The notes under the pieces: model-generated
What the model saw: the letters and a program-made list of their open reading frames with translations, nothing else
Databases searched by the model: none
Told to the model about the DNA's origin: nothing
Assembly: GCF_009914755.1 (NCBI RefSeq)
Contig: NC_060942.1
Length of the DNA stretch: 64,000 bases
Source of the DNA: the human T2T-CHM13v2.0 reference genome, Homo sapiens
Reading direction: 5' to 3' (one strand)
Shown: piece by piece, positions 1 through 15,771 of the stretch
How the letters are laid out: every line of letters begins with the position of its first letter
Position numbering within the stretch: the first letter of the stretch is position 1
Program-made: the position numbers and the translations under genes

Positions 1-1197
1 GATTTTTTTGGGTAAGACCTCAAAAGCACAGGCAACAAAAGCAAAAGTAGACAAATGGGATTATATCAAGCTAAAGAGTTTCTGCCCAGCAAAGGAAATA
101 ATCAACAGAGTGGAAAGACAACCTAGATAATTGGAAAAAATATTTGCAAACTATCCAGCTGAAAGGAATTAATAATCGGAATATATAAGAAGCTGAAACA
201 ATCTAATAGTAAAAATAAACAACCAATTAAAAACAGGCAAATGACTGAAATAGACATTTCTCAAAAGAAGACATACAAATGGACAACAGCTTATGTAAAA
301 AAATGCTCAGCATCACTCATCATCAAGGAAATGCAAATCAAAACCACAACGAGTTATCCTCTCACCCTAGTTAGAATGGTTATTATCAAAAAGACAAAAA
401 AAAATGCTGACAAGGATGTGGAGAAAGGGGAACCCCTGTATACTGTTGGTGGAAATGTATAATAGTGTAGCTACTATAGAAAACAGCATGGAGGTTCCTC
501 GAAAACTTAAAAATAGAACTACCATATGATCCAGCAATCCCACTGCTAGGTATATACTCAAAAGAAAGGAAATTAGTATATCTAAGAGATATCTGCACTT
601 CTATATTTACTGCGGCACTATTCACAATAGTCAAGATATGGAATCAACTTGAGTGTCCATCAACACTCAAGAATCAGGGATCAAGAAAATATGCTGTATA
701 TACACAATGGAATATTATTCAGCCATAAAAAAGAATGAAATCCTGTAATTTGCAGCAACATGGAAGAAACTAGAGGTCATTATTTTAAGTGAAATAAGTC
801 AGACACACAAAGACAATGTTCTCATTCATATGTCTGAGCTAAAAAAGTGGATCTCATAGAGGCAGAGAATACAGAGAGGTGGTAACCAAAGGCTGAGAAG
901 GATGGCAGGAAGGGGGAGCGAGGAGTAGTTGGTTAATGAGAATAAAAATAGAGTTATATAAAAGGAATAAGTTCTAATGTTCAATAGCACAGTAGGATGA
1001 CTATATTATTAATAATAGTTTATTATATATTTCAAAATAGCTAGAAGATTTAAAATATTCCCAACACAAAGAAATGGTAAATGTTTGAGGTGATGGATAC
1101 CCCAATTACCCTGATTTGATCACTTTATATTGTATGAATGTATCCAATATCACATGTACCCCAAAATATGTACAATTATTACAAATCAACTTAAAAA
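1..1197 (+). mobile_element. L1MA-type LINE-1, ORF2 3' end and 3' UTR (runs off window start)
   Basis: Degenerate ORF2 C-terminal peptide (IIKEMQIKTT...LVRMVIIKK...[13 protein letters not shown]); L1 3' text CCAGCAATCCCACTGCTAGG; L1MA-style end CCCTGATTTGATCA...ATGTACCCC. Confidence 0.9.
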
Positions 1198-1490
1198 ATG
1201 ATCTGGAAGAGGAACTGTCCTGTGAAAGCTTAATTTTTACAAATCGCCTCTAAACTCTTACCCCATTTAAAAAAATGCTTGTGTTAAAGGTCTTAAAATA
1301 CAGCAAATTCCTTTCATTTGGAGAAAGAGTAAGAAAATCCAATTAAGAGAGCTTCATCCAAACTACATTTATATTATAGTAATGAAATCTGATGAATGAA
1401 TTCATCATAGGAAAATTGCAGAGATTCATTGTATACTTTTAAAGTCTACCTAACATGATTGAAAAGGGTAAACTAGAATTAATACCATTA

Positions 1491-1538
1491 GAATGAGAAA
1501 AAATGGGGATCAAGGAATGAGAAAAAATGGGGATCAAG
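1491..1538. repeat. perfect 24-bp tandem duplication
   Basis: GAATGAGAAAAAATGGGGATCAAG x2. Confidence 0.95.
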
Positions 1539-3249
1539 AAAAGAGACCAGTAAGAAAAAAGGCCAGGCTTGGGTGGCTGTTTCGGTGTGGGGCTGAGGTC
1601 AGGAGTAGTAGTAGGTTGGTACTACTCAGGTGGATTTTTGGCAATCGATTATTATAGCTCTTTCATGGAAAACAAATTGACTGTGTCATTTTATGAAAAG
1701 CACCATCCAAGTACAGTCGAGAGAAAAAGACTTCTTATATTAAAGTAACAAGAACTCCAGCTGTGGCCTCAGCTGCTTCTTACACCACAACAGACAGAGC
1801 AGGAAAGCCAGAGCCTTATATCTTTCCCACCTGTGGATTGCATTAAGCCCCAATTTGCAAACATCACTTTGAGGCAACAGTCTCAGCTTTGTGCTTCTTG
1901 GTCCCAAAAGAGACATTTTATAACATACATATATTAAGGGAATAAATGAATGTAGTTTGCTAAAGCAATTACTCCACCTGCTGTGATAGAATTTAGCTAC
2001 TGAATCCAGAATTGGGCTGCGACCCCTACTTAGAATGGAATCATTCAGCCATAGAGGTGCTAAACTATTAACTACTACTCTTGGCTTGCTGAGTTAACAA
2101 AGCAGTGCATTCATAATACTGCCATTGCAGAAACAATGATACTTTTGAAAAGTATGCACAATAAACAGGTCATAGTCTGACTGATATGTCATTTGGAGAC
2201 CATCTTATCAATTGTGTTTCCTTCTTCAGTGCTTACTAAAGTACGTTCATCAGAATGCCAGTCCTCAGAAATGCATTCCATTAAAACAAAACAAAACAAG
2301 ACAAAAGAGAAAAAAGAAACAGTCATTGGTCCAGTCAATGTGAGAAACTCACAATGCATACTATTATACTAAAAGACTTGAGAAGTTCTGTAGTAAAACA
2401 GTTACATTTATTTGACCTGGAAACCATTTCTTACCAGTTTCTTCTAAGACTATTACATGTGACAGAGCTAGTGTGCAAGGAGCAGCTTTTGGGAAGTGCT
2501 GGGCTACAGAATCTTCCTTGGTCTCTGTTTCTCTTTGAAATGAATGAATAATTTGGAAACTATACTAATGTACATAATTATACACCTACCTTCTCTATAC
2601 ATTTAGTTTTTAATAAGTCTTTAATAATTTGGAAGTCGGTAAATCTCATTTCATTCCCTCATCTAATCACCCAACTACCCATCCGTTCACTAAGTCAGTC
2701 ATTGAAATTATGGAGCTGGATGAGAATTAGAAATAGTCTAGTCCATTTCCTCATCTTACAGAATGTGGAAACCAATGAGTTTTGAATGCCTGGTTCAAAT
2801 ACACAGTTGGAGACAGAGCCTGACAGCAAGCTCAGGCTTTTTACTTTCTCACTTTGTGTTTGGAGCCAACACTCACTACATGGGCTCCCCTTGCCCATCA
2901 TCCACCTAATGCAACAGGCCTCCTCAACCCACCACTGCTCAGAAAATGCCCTCTCAGGGGCTGCCCCTGCTCTCCCAACTGCAAGGCCCAAGTGACCCAT
3001 TCCAATTCTCATCACATTCCACCTCCATGCTGCATTTGACAAGCAAGACCAACCCCTTCTACTCCCAAATCTCCGTTCCCGTGGTTTTCTTACACTCTCT
3101 TCTAATTCTCTACCTACCTATGAATATCCATGAAAACTCATGTTGCTGGGAAGCCCCACTAAGAAATTCTGACTTGTATTGTAGCCACCAGACTCTTCTC
3201 TACGTCCTACTTAATTGTTGATGAGTCCACAAAATTCTGTTCTTCATTT

Positions 3250-4340
3250 ATTTTTCTTCTCACTCTACAAGATCACCCTGGATGATATCCATTCCCAAGG
3301 CCCTAATCAGCATCCACATGGTGACTTATCCATTCATTTCAATCAGAATCACAGATCAATGAACATTTTCTAGCACACCATTTCCCAAAAGCTGTTTCAT
3401 GAACACTAGCTCTTTAGAATGAAATAGTGTTAGATTAAATTTTTAAGAAATGGTTTTAAGGGCAAATAATGTAATGCCCAGTCCAACTCGTCCGCTGAGA
3501 AACATTAGCATATATCCATTTTCCTACTGGATATCTGTACTTCAGTATCCCATAGATTTTCCATTCAGTGTTATTCTTACTCCAAATTAGCTCTTCCTCC
3601 TATAGTCCTAATTTTGGAAAACACGGCTGTCATCAACCTAGTGACCAAAACAGAACCTGGAAGCTTCCATTCTCTCACTGAAAGACTGGAGGAGATTCTG
3701 ACTTCTAACGTCTCCTTTCCCAGCCCTCCCCTTTATCCCCACAGCCCGGTCTGGCCTCTGGGTGACGGTAGCAGCATCCTGATGATTTCATCTCAGGTTG
3801 TCCCCTCTGCCAGCCAGGCCTCCACATTAATATCAGAGTTTAGTTTTTAGCAGCATAAAGCTGATCATGTCAACCCCACGGCCCCCAGGAAACATCCACA
3901 TTCCTAAGCGTGACAAGGGGCCCTCCACATCCCAGATCTGGTTTCCCTTATCTCTTGCCATCATTTCCCTCTACCTCAAATTCCGGCCATACTGAATGCA
4001 CGTACCCAGAACGCGCCAGTGTTTTCCCTCTGAGCAAGTGTGCAGTCTTCTCCCTTGGCCAACTTCTCCCAGTATGCTTCAGGTTCTCCTCATCTCTAAA
4101 AACACACCTGCCATGTCTCCTCTGTGAAGCCCTTCCTACCTTGCCCCTCCACACCCATTCCAGAATAGAATGGACCGCCATCCCTCCCACATCCTCCATC
4201 AGTAGATGTTTAACACTGTGTCACTCACTGATTTACCAATCTGCCTAACAGAAGCCCTTGCCTGTTTCATCTGTTTCCCTGGGGACCAGCATGGTAGATG
4301 GTGCAGTGTAAACCATCAGTAAAGGCTGGCTGGATGCATG
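3250..4340 (+). mobile_element. L2 LINE, degenerate 3' part
   Basis: Remnant of the YADD region (GATGATATCCATTCCCAAGG), typical pyrimidine-rich L2 text and a degenerate L2 tail near 4280-4340. Confidence 0.6.
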
Positions 4341-4719
4341 CTAGCTCCAGGACATATCGCTGCCTCTTCAAATATTTGTTCTTTTCTTTTTATCATGATA
4401 GTTTGTGCAAAGCACTGTTGAAGAATTAGATGAGACACCTACCATAAAGAGCTCTGTAATTCAGCTCGGGGAAGATAATACACAAACACTAAGAGGAGGG
4501 AACATTACTGTTGCCTGGTAATGGCATTGAGATCACAGAGAGTTTACAAATAAAGTTTCAGTTATTTGCACATGCAGATTTCATTGTCAAAATTGGAAGC
4601 TATAACTCATTAAAACATATGTTCATAGTTATTAAATAAATGTGTTGGAGAAAATATTTCAAAAACAAAAGAAATGAAGTGTATCTAATGAACATTAAAT
4701 GGCTCAATTTGACAGAATT

Positions 4720-4800
4720 TTTAATTCACTAATTCAAAAAAATTATTAAGCACTTACTATGTGCCAGACACTGTCTCTAAGCACAGAGTATTGGTTGTGA
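4720..4800 (-). mobile_element. L2 3' end fragment
   Basis: ATTCA...TTATTAAGCACTTACTATGTGCCAGACACTG. Confidence 0.7.
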
Positions 4801-5479
4801 AGTTATATATGAAGGAAGTAAAGTCAGAAACACAGGGTAAGGTCAGACCATACAAAGCTTGGATGTTTTGAAAAAAAAAAAAAATCACATAACCAGAACT
4901 ACAGAAAGACCTGAAGCAAAGGACAAACATGATCCCCAAGGAAATGAAGGCCACAGGAGAAACAGTGACGTGGCTGCTGGTAGTGCAGGTGGTGTTTTCA
5001 CAATGAGTGTCAGGTGCGGTTAGGACTTTCAGGTGCAGAGGTGAGACTTTAAACTGAAAGCCACATGGAGTTTGTGCCTGGGAGCAAAGTCATGGCTGAT
5101 GAGGTAGGTTCAAGAGTTTTCTTCTCACATGTGTTAGCTAAAGTCAAGAGAGTAAATTAGATTATCCAGGGACAGTGCATAGCATAAATATGTGTGTAAG
5201 GTTCTCTAACCTAATCATAAGTATACACTACAGGGCATTTAACAATAAATTAAATTTTATTTCAAGCCAATTCTGCACAGAATCAGGCTAACCAGGTTTT
5301 GTGTAGATGAAGTCCCATTTTAATAAATCAGTGAGACCAATGAGTCCATTTTCCCATAAAATGACCTAAGCTGCACTGTTTTCCAGGTGCATGACAATGA
5401 CGTGTTTTACACGGAAGCACATACTAAACTACCTCAAACTTCATGTTCTCTCGAACAGGCAAAAGAGTCCTTTCCAATC

Positions 5480-5783
<304 letters not shown>

Positions 5784-6932
5784 TCCAATCTTGTTAGAGT
5801 CATACTGATCTTACTTGTTCAGACAGTGATTATACCCCTTGAAAGGAACTCAAGGAAGCTGAAATTTCTAAATAACTTACCTGTCCATAAAGAGGAGACT
5901 AGGCATTAAATTATGGCATATCCATCAAATCAAATACTACACAGCAATAAATAAGTACAAGTGCATGTGTGATCCAGGTCTACATCTGTGAATATGAGTG
6001 TATATCATAATGGTGAAAAAAATGAGAAATATGCAAAATATAGATTGCTTAGGGTTTCATGCATAAAAACTACTATAAAAATGACAAACACCTATTTCAG
6101 CGCAGGGGAGAGGGATACAATTAACGGTATTGGTAATGCTCAAGTTCTTAAGCTTGGTGAAAGCTGGTTGGTAGATACAAAAGTGTATCTTTAATACTTC
6201 AGACTGTTTTTAAAAGCTGCAACAGTCAGACTGCTTATATTTTCCTGTGTAGAACGAATATGAAAGATACTACACCAATTACTTTGACTGGGATAATGAC
6301 CAATTGAGGCACTGATGGCCATGCCTGAATTTGGTCTGATAAATTTATTAATCAAATTCAATTGCCATTCTCCTGTCAAAGACCAGAGAAGAAGCAAGAC
6401 AGGTGGATACTCATGGGAAGACTACTTTATTTTTCTAAGTTTCAATTTCTCACCTTACAAAGTGACTTCTTAGGATCTTTCCAACTCCAAAATTTCATTT
6501 CTACCATGAATACCCAAAATAAGGCAGCAATGAAATTTAGATGAGACCAGGAAAGAAGAAAAATGTTGGAGTATTGCTGTGAGGCATCCAGGTGAGAGGA
6601 CCATCACAGTCATCTTCAGAAGTTCACAAAGAACAACTTTTGGGGGCAAATCAGAGTTGGTGGAAAGGTCACCTTCAACTGAATTACAACAACATGACTA
6701 AAATGTCAAATGAGCATTGTTTAAACAAATAGGAACTGTTAAGATGGTTCCCTAGTGGCTTCTGAAGTTCACACGCTGAGAGATAGTCTACTTTTGTTTG
6801 TCTTAAACTTAAATATGACTCTGATGCAGGTGTCTTTAGTCACTTGGCTTCAATAACTTTAAAGGCAGACAAATAGCAAAAACTCAATAAAATGGTAAGA
6901 CCCCTGATTTCCATTTCAACTGCTTCCCACAT

Positions 6933-6935
<3 letters not shown>

Positions 6936-6973
<38 letters not shown>
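6936..6973. repeat. (TA)n microsatellite
   Basis: About 19 AT units. Confidence 0.95.
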
Positions 6974-6979
<6 letters not shown>

Positions 6980-7594
6980 GATATGAGAGAGAGACTATGT
7001 TTATTTAATATCTGACCTCATATAGCAAGTCATGTGTGTGGCAAGACTAATATATTTGGTGTAAATAGAGAAAGGTTTAGATTACAAACTCTGGAAGGAA
7101 ATGTAACATTTATTGAGAATCACTTCCAATATTCAAATCAAGGGATTCCAAAGTTAATGACGCATTAGAGAAAACAAACAGTTAGCTTGTTTCTGTGAAA
7201 TTAGGTACCTTTTTTTAAACCACAAAACAGTCATTAAACGCAGATATCTAATTACCTTAAGGTATGAATTGTTGCTGGATTTTCAGGAGATATATAGATA
7301 TGTATGTATGTATGTATGTATGATGTATTTTACATTGGTGGCCGGATTTGTGTGAGTGCCACACGGATTGAGTATTTGAATCTACTAACCTCACTGTGAG
7401 AGTTGCTAATTTCCATTTGGAACACACAGTGCTTTATTCTCCTAAAAGGGTATACTGGTTATTTATGAGGCAGCAGGTCTGTTAAAAGAGTCCTAACTCC
7501 CTGGCCTTGGCGGAGGGCATTCACAGAGGTGAGAGTAGGATGCCGGGCCAAGGGGACCATCACTTACTTGCCTTTATGCACTCTGCTCCTCAGG

Positions 7595-7772
7595 AGTTTG
7601 CTGAAACTGCCTGGGACTGACTCTTCCCAATTCTGTGCTCCATGAAAGATTATTACTAGCTTAGAGTCTACCACAGTGGGAGCATCAGATCATGGAAATT
7701 GGTATAAATGCTGCAAATCAGTATTTTTTTCCCTAGAGAGCCAGTTGTTAAACATTTACCAACACACAACTG
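7595..7772 (+). mobile_element. MER63A-like hAT MITE
   Basis: CTCTTCCCAA...CATGGAAATTGG...GAGAGCCAGTTGTTAAACATTTACCAACACACAACTG. Confidence 0.75.
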
Positions 7773-8679
7773 CTGCTATTGAACGACTACAACAAACAAA
7801 AGAATTGAATAACAACAACAAAAAACTCCAAAACAATAAAACTCACTCCTTTTGTCCTGTGACTCTCTTAGATAAGTCATTAAAAATACCCCAAAACCTA
7901 GAGCGCCAAATCCAAAGTCCTCCCTCAGCCTGGTGATCAGCCCCACGACAGTACTCTTTTTTTTGCCATCTTCAATCTCACTTCTTGCTGATTCTAAACT
8001 GACACTCTTTCTTCCAGGCTCCTCATCATCCCAGGACAGTGACAGAGTCATTCCAACATCCAGATCTCTGCTGATGCAGTTTCTATCACTTTGAATTTTC
8101 ACCCGCCTCTTTTACACGTATCCTAATCAAAACTAATGTGTGCCTTCTTAACTTGTTGAGGGCAATATTTAGGTACGGACAAGGTCATACACAGTATCCA
8201 CTCGTCTCTCATCCTGTCACCTTCTCCAGGCATCCGAGAGCTCCCCATGTGTTTACTTGGCTGATTCCGTGACCATGGCAGGACTATCGCCAGGAGAAGG
8301 CCACAGTGGCCTCTCTTGATCCTGAAATCCCCTCAGAAATACTTTCTTATTGCTTAAGAAAAATAATGACAAAAATTCAGTGACCCAAGGCCTTTCTCCA
8401 GTTACCCCCGGCCCAACTTGAGAGAACTGTTCTGCCTCTTCTTGCATTTGACTTCTGCCTTCCTTTCTAGTTTCAAATCTTTTAATCTCAACTAGTAATA
8501 CTTCAAAAACAACATTTGGGAATTGACAAATTGTATTTAGTAAGGACATTAAAAATCTAATATATTAACTTCGTTTTATACAATTACATTCAAACATATG
8601 AAATACAGGAAGCATGTTATCAGAAAGACAATTCTTTCTTTTTTATGCAAAGGTTTTCATTTAAAACATTTTTTCCCAT

Positions 8680-9500
<821 letters not shown>

Positions 9501-9519
9501 CTCTTGTTGCTATTGTTAC

Positions 9520-10430
<911 letters not shown>

Positions 10431-11216
10431 TGTCTTTTTCTTACTTACTTTCTGTGTGTTTGCTAGGGATATTCCGTCCTCCTCCAACCCTAGTTATTCT
10501 TATAGCTTATTGTTTGGAGTCCTCAAATCCTTTATGTATGACAAAGGGGAAAATTCCACCATAACAGGCACAAAAACAGAGCCACACCACATGGCTCACA
10601 TCCTGAAATGGCTTGCCTTCCAAGTGAGAAGCAAAGCACTGGCCACATTGCCTGGCTAGTGAGCCGCCTGCTTCGTGGAGGTGGGGTATAAGGACACCAT
10701 TAACGACTAGCAGAAATCTCCGTCCTTCTACCACACTGGCAGTGAACACAGTGCATCACATCAGATGTCCCCCCTGCTGGAATTAGTGCATCGAATAACT
10801 TAAGAAAAATGAACTAAAATTAATTTTACTAAAAGAAGATAAGATACACAGTGGGTGGCTCCAACAGAGTAGCACATTTATCCTCTTTATAAACACTGGG
10901 TCAGGAGAAAAAAGCAAGAAGCTTTGTATGTCACTACTAGAAGATAACAAGGAAGAGCGAAAACAGCATGAACTTTGGACTTAAAGACCACAAACTGGAC
11001 CCATTCCTTCTCATTTATTTCCACAAATATGTGTGAGCGTCTATCATATCATAGACATTTTGCCAAGCCCTAGGCTGACAGTGCTGAGAAAGCCAGTGTG
11101 CTTTGTATAGGCCTGTGTATCTTAGGAGAGGCTGATATGGAAGAAAATACATTCCCGAAAAACAGATGAATGCAACACCACACGTGTGTGGCAAGCTCAG
11201 CATAAAGAGGGAATAA

Positions 11217-11517
11217 AGCCGGGCGTGGTGGCTCACGCCTGTAATCCCAGCACTTTGGGAGGCCGAGGCGGGCGGATCATGAGCTCAGGAGATCGAGACC
11301 ATCCTGGCTAACATGGTGAAACCCTGTCTCTACTAAAAATACAAAAAATTAGCTGGGCGTGGTGGCAGGTGCCTGTAGTCCTAGCTACTCAGGAGGCTGA
11401 GGCAGGAGAATGGCATGAACCCGGGAGGTGGAGCTTGCAGTGAGCCGAGATTGAGCAACTGCACTCCAGCCTGGACGACAGAGCGAGACTCTGTCTCAAA
11501 AACAAATCAATAAATAA
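11217..11517 (+). mobile_element. AluY inside an old antisense L2
   Basis: GAGATCGAGACCATCCTGGCTAAC and GAGCTTGCAGTG; TSD approximately AGGGAATAAA. Confidence 0.95.
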
Positions 11518-12310
11518 AAAGGGAATAAAACACTGTATTTGTCAAGGAGGTGATAGGAACAGTTCCCTCAGTTGGTGAAGTATGTGGTGGGGTTTGAAGG
11601 CAGTCTGAAACAACATGATGTGTCCATGGGATTATAAGCAAAATGATTTTGTTGTCATCTAGAAATGAGAACGAATGGTAGGAGGGAGGTTTGAAAGGTA
11701 CCACGGTCAGGGTCATTGGGAACCTTGACTGTTTTCCTAAGTGTTTGGAGAGGTATTGGGGAACATTTATAAGTCACTCTCTTGTTATGTGAACATAAGG
11801 CAAGTTATTTCGCTTCTCGCTTTCCTGAATTACAAAGTGAAAAAACATAATGCATCCCTCCTAAGAATTTGAGAGTAAACCAAGCTATTTGCTCTGCTCA
11901 TAAATGGCCTGCTAGAAGAATTTCAGATGACTAGCAGAAGCTGGGCTTGGGAGTGGTCAGGGCTGTGGGCGTGGATTAAAAATGAGCCAGGGTTTGTTCC
12001 TATTCAAGTCAAGTACATAGGTTTAGAAGCAAGGAGGAAACAAAATGTCAAGTGCAAAGAATCAAGAAGAAAATAAAGCCAGAATCCGAAGAAAACCTCA
12101 CGCAAAAGAGAATGTGTAAATAGGACAAGCAGTTTTGGAGATGGATAAAAAGACAAAATCACTAACACACACACACACAAAGTGTGGTGAACCAAGCAAG
12201 TGGAAGCTCAGTCCATATTCAGGAAGTGTGTGCTGATGGTGTTTTGTGCATTTGTGCATTTTGCGCATTTGTGTCAGATAAGTAAAGACAAGACAACTGC
12301 AGTGTGTGTG

Positions 12311-12397
12311 CAGTATCCACCCTCATCCTGGGATGAGACATTTCAAGAACCCCAGTGGATGCTTGAAACTGCAGATGGTACCAAACCCTATACATAC

Positions 12398-12440
<43 letters not shown>

Positions 12441-12446
12441 TATATA

Positions 12447-12498
<52 letters not shown>

Positions 12499-12559
12499 AT
12501 CTCCAGCATTGGGGATTACAATTCAACATGAGATTTGGGTGGGGACAAATATCCAAACC

Positions 12560-12602
<43 letters not shown>

Positions 12603-12879
12603 CGCATATACACATTATATATATATGATGTTTCTCCTATACATATATGCCTATGATACAGGTTAATTTATAAATTAGGCACAGTGAGAGATTAACAATA
12701 ACTAATAATAAATTACAGTAATTATAATATTATACCATGATAAAATTTATGTGAATGTGATCTCTCTTTCTTTTTCTCAAAATATCTTATTGTGCTGTGC
12801 TCACCTATTTTCAGACCACAGTTGACCATAAGTAACTGAAACCATGGAAAGTGAAATGGCTGATCAGGGGGAACTACTG
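12311..12879 (-). mobile_element. MER44A (Tigger7-derived MITE) expanded by a microsatellite
   Basis: Terminal inverted repeats CAGTA...TACTG; internal AATTTATAAATTAGGCACAGT. Confidence 0.85.
12389..12626. repeat. compound (TA)n/(CA)n microsatellite with a 63-bp insert
   Basis: TA/CA/TG runs on both sides of non-repetitive 12497-12560. Confidence 0.95.
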
Positions 12880-12917
12880 TACTTTCCCCAAATAAGGACC
12901 TTCTAATAAATTATCAC

Positions 12918-13648
<731 letters not shown>

Positions 13649-14900
13649 ACCACCATACAATCTTCCCAAACAGGAAACCAGCATTGACACAACACTGCCA
13701 TCCAATGTGCAGTCCATTCACATTTTGCCACACATACTCACAGCATTTTGTACTTGTTTGTGCCTGGGATCCCATTGGGAAGCATGTGTTGCATTCAGTT
13801 TTTTGTGTCTCACTAGTCTCCTTCATTCTGGGACAACTCCTCAGTCTTTCTTTGTCTTTCATGCCTTTGACAATCTGAATGAGTACCGTCTTTCATTATG
13901 GAGGATGATCCTCAACCTGGCTCATGAATTCTTGCAAAACATACACAGACATGGTGCTGTACTGCTCTCAGTTCAACACACTGGGAGGCACAAGTCCCCA
14001 GCTCATCCCACCGTGATCACCTAGTCGAATTGGCGTGCACCAGCTTTGTCTGCTGGGTCATCATGTTTACTTTGTATGTGATTTGAACTTTGTAAGGATA
14101 TATTCTGAAATTGCATCAATGTCCTCTGCCTTATCAAGCTTCCACCCACCAACTTTAGCAGACATTAATGACTCCTGCCTGTATTAACTGTCATGATGGC
14201 TGCCTAATGGTGGTCATTGATGCCCCTAAATATGAATTGGTATTTGGCTGCAAGTAAGCACTTGCAAGTAAGCACTTCCTCTTACCTCCAATAAATCAAT
14301 TTCTTAGCTAAGTAATATCAGTGTGGATGCATGAACTTCTCTTTTATTAGATAGACTGTATTTGAAACTACAATTCTGATGCTGAAATTGCCCCTGAGTT
14401 GTGAGGGCCCCTCCACGCTGGCTCCTGGGAAATGTCCTTGTCATTCACTGTGCATTCTTCTACTTTCTGACACAGTAAGGTTTTTAGGCCTGTCTTCTAC
14501 TTTCTCTGCTCCAAGCCTTTCTACTCTCTGGGCTCCATTCCTTCAGAAAGCCCTATTTTCTTTTTGTGCACCCTGGTATTCAGAGCTGGGCACTTGGAGT
14601 AGCATTGTTACGGGGGCGACATTGCTTCTGGGTCCTCTTATTTGACAGAGTCCTTTGCATATATTTCCACACACACGCATATGCCTTTACAACTATTTCC
14701 ATATCTTCTTGTGTATCTGTGTTTTTAAAACCCACGTGTTCATTCTGGTACTTTCAACTTGAGTTTAACTGCTCAGGATTCTTTCTAGCCTCTGCTTTGT
14801 AAATCTTTGCTCTGATAGTGACAAACATGGCTCCCATTATCCTTAATATATTTAGTTAAGTTCCCCATCAGTGATTTGTTTAATGTAACTAATTCCCAAT
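13649..14900 (-). mobile_element. old L1MC/L1MD 3' UTR fragment
   Basis: Degenerate motifs (CATTGACACAACACT, GTTGCATTCAGTT, GGCTCCCATTATCC). Confidence 0.55.
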
Positions 14901-15534
14901 CCATAGCAACTGCCACATCCAGCTGTCACTTCTGCAACCCCCGAGACAGAGCCACTTTCTCATACAGGGTACACTTCCACCAACACCTCCATGCAACCCC
15001 TCTCCCTCAACAACCCAGTTTTTCAGAAACCTAGCATGCTGCTACAGCCAACAGTTCAAGGGGTCATTTCATGATCCTAATGTGCACACTTTGTGGATAC
15101 CAAAATCTCAATTCTTGATGGGAAAAGGAAGGAAGGAAAAATGGAAAGGCAAGGAATGATGAAAAGGCAGTTTATTGATTCTTGGTAAAAAGAGGCTGAA
15201 AGAGAAGAGATGGAGAAGAGAGAGGAGGACAGACACAGGTCCACCCAGGTGTGCACAGGTACTTCCGTCACCTGCCATCTTCTAGGTTTCAAATTCGGCT
15301 TTCATCCTTCCCCAAGTACTATCAGTTTTTTCCCCTTTCTGTAACTTGACTGTTGAATAAACTACCACTGAGCAAATGTTCAAGATAAGGAAAATAGCAG
15401 CAACTTAATCTGAACTGCTGCCTATTTAGTAGAAGTAAGAGTGTTCTTGTTAAGCTACCTTGAGAAATCTTTGGATTTTGATAATGAATTATTTTAAGGC
15501 TTTTGGACACAATGGTTGACCCTGAAAACTATAA

Positions 15535-15771
15535 AGTGTGACTCTAATGTCTTTATTTGCAGATTCGGGAAATTAATCATGAGTATTTAGACTATGTTTT
15601 TGGAAGATGACGGTTAAGGGCATTTAGAATAATAATCTGCATTTTACAGTAACCTCATAGGTGCTGGGTTGTTCTTTATCAACTTGGTCAAGCTGAGGAT
15701 TGTCCCCAAAATCCCAACATTTCGTGGCTCTGAATTAGAAATGGCCAAAGAGACATCTACCTGTGTGTGAC
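15535..15771 (-). other. candidate 3'-terminal exon of an unidentified minus-strand transcript
   Basis: Minus-strand acceptor GTCCTGCTTCACTTGTACCTTCCAG|G at 15771 and AATAAA at 15557-15552; non-repetitive sequence; no transcript data. Confidence 0.45.

Noticed and set aside
241-634. ORFs with L1 ORF2 similarity
   Set aside because: Fragments of a decayed L1MA with frameshifts and stops
7776-8102. 108-aa minus-strand ORF with a hydrophobic tail
   Set aside because: The hydrophobicity comes from antisense CAA-rich sequence; no supporting splice or start context
12200-12656. YIYI/HTHT-rich ORFs
   Set aside because: Translations of the microsatellite
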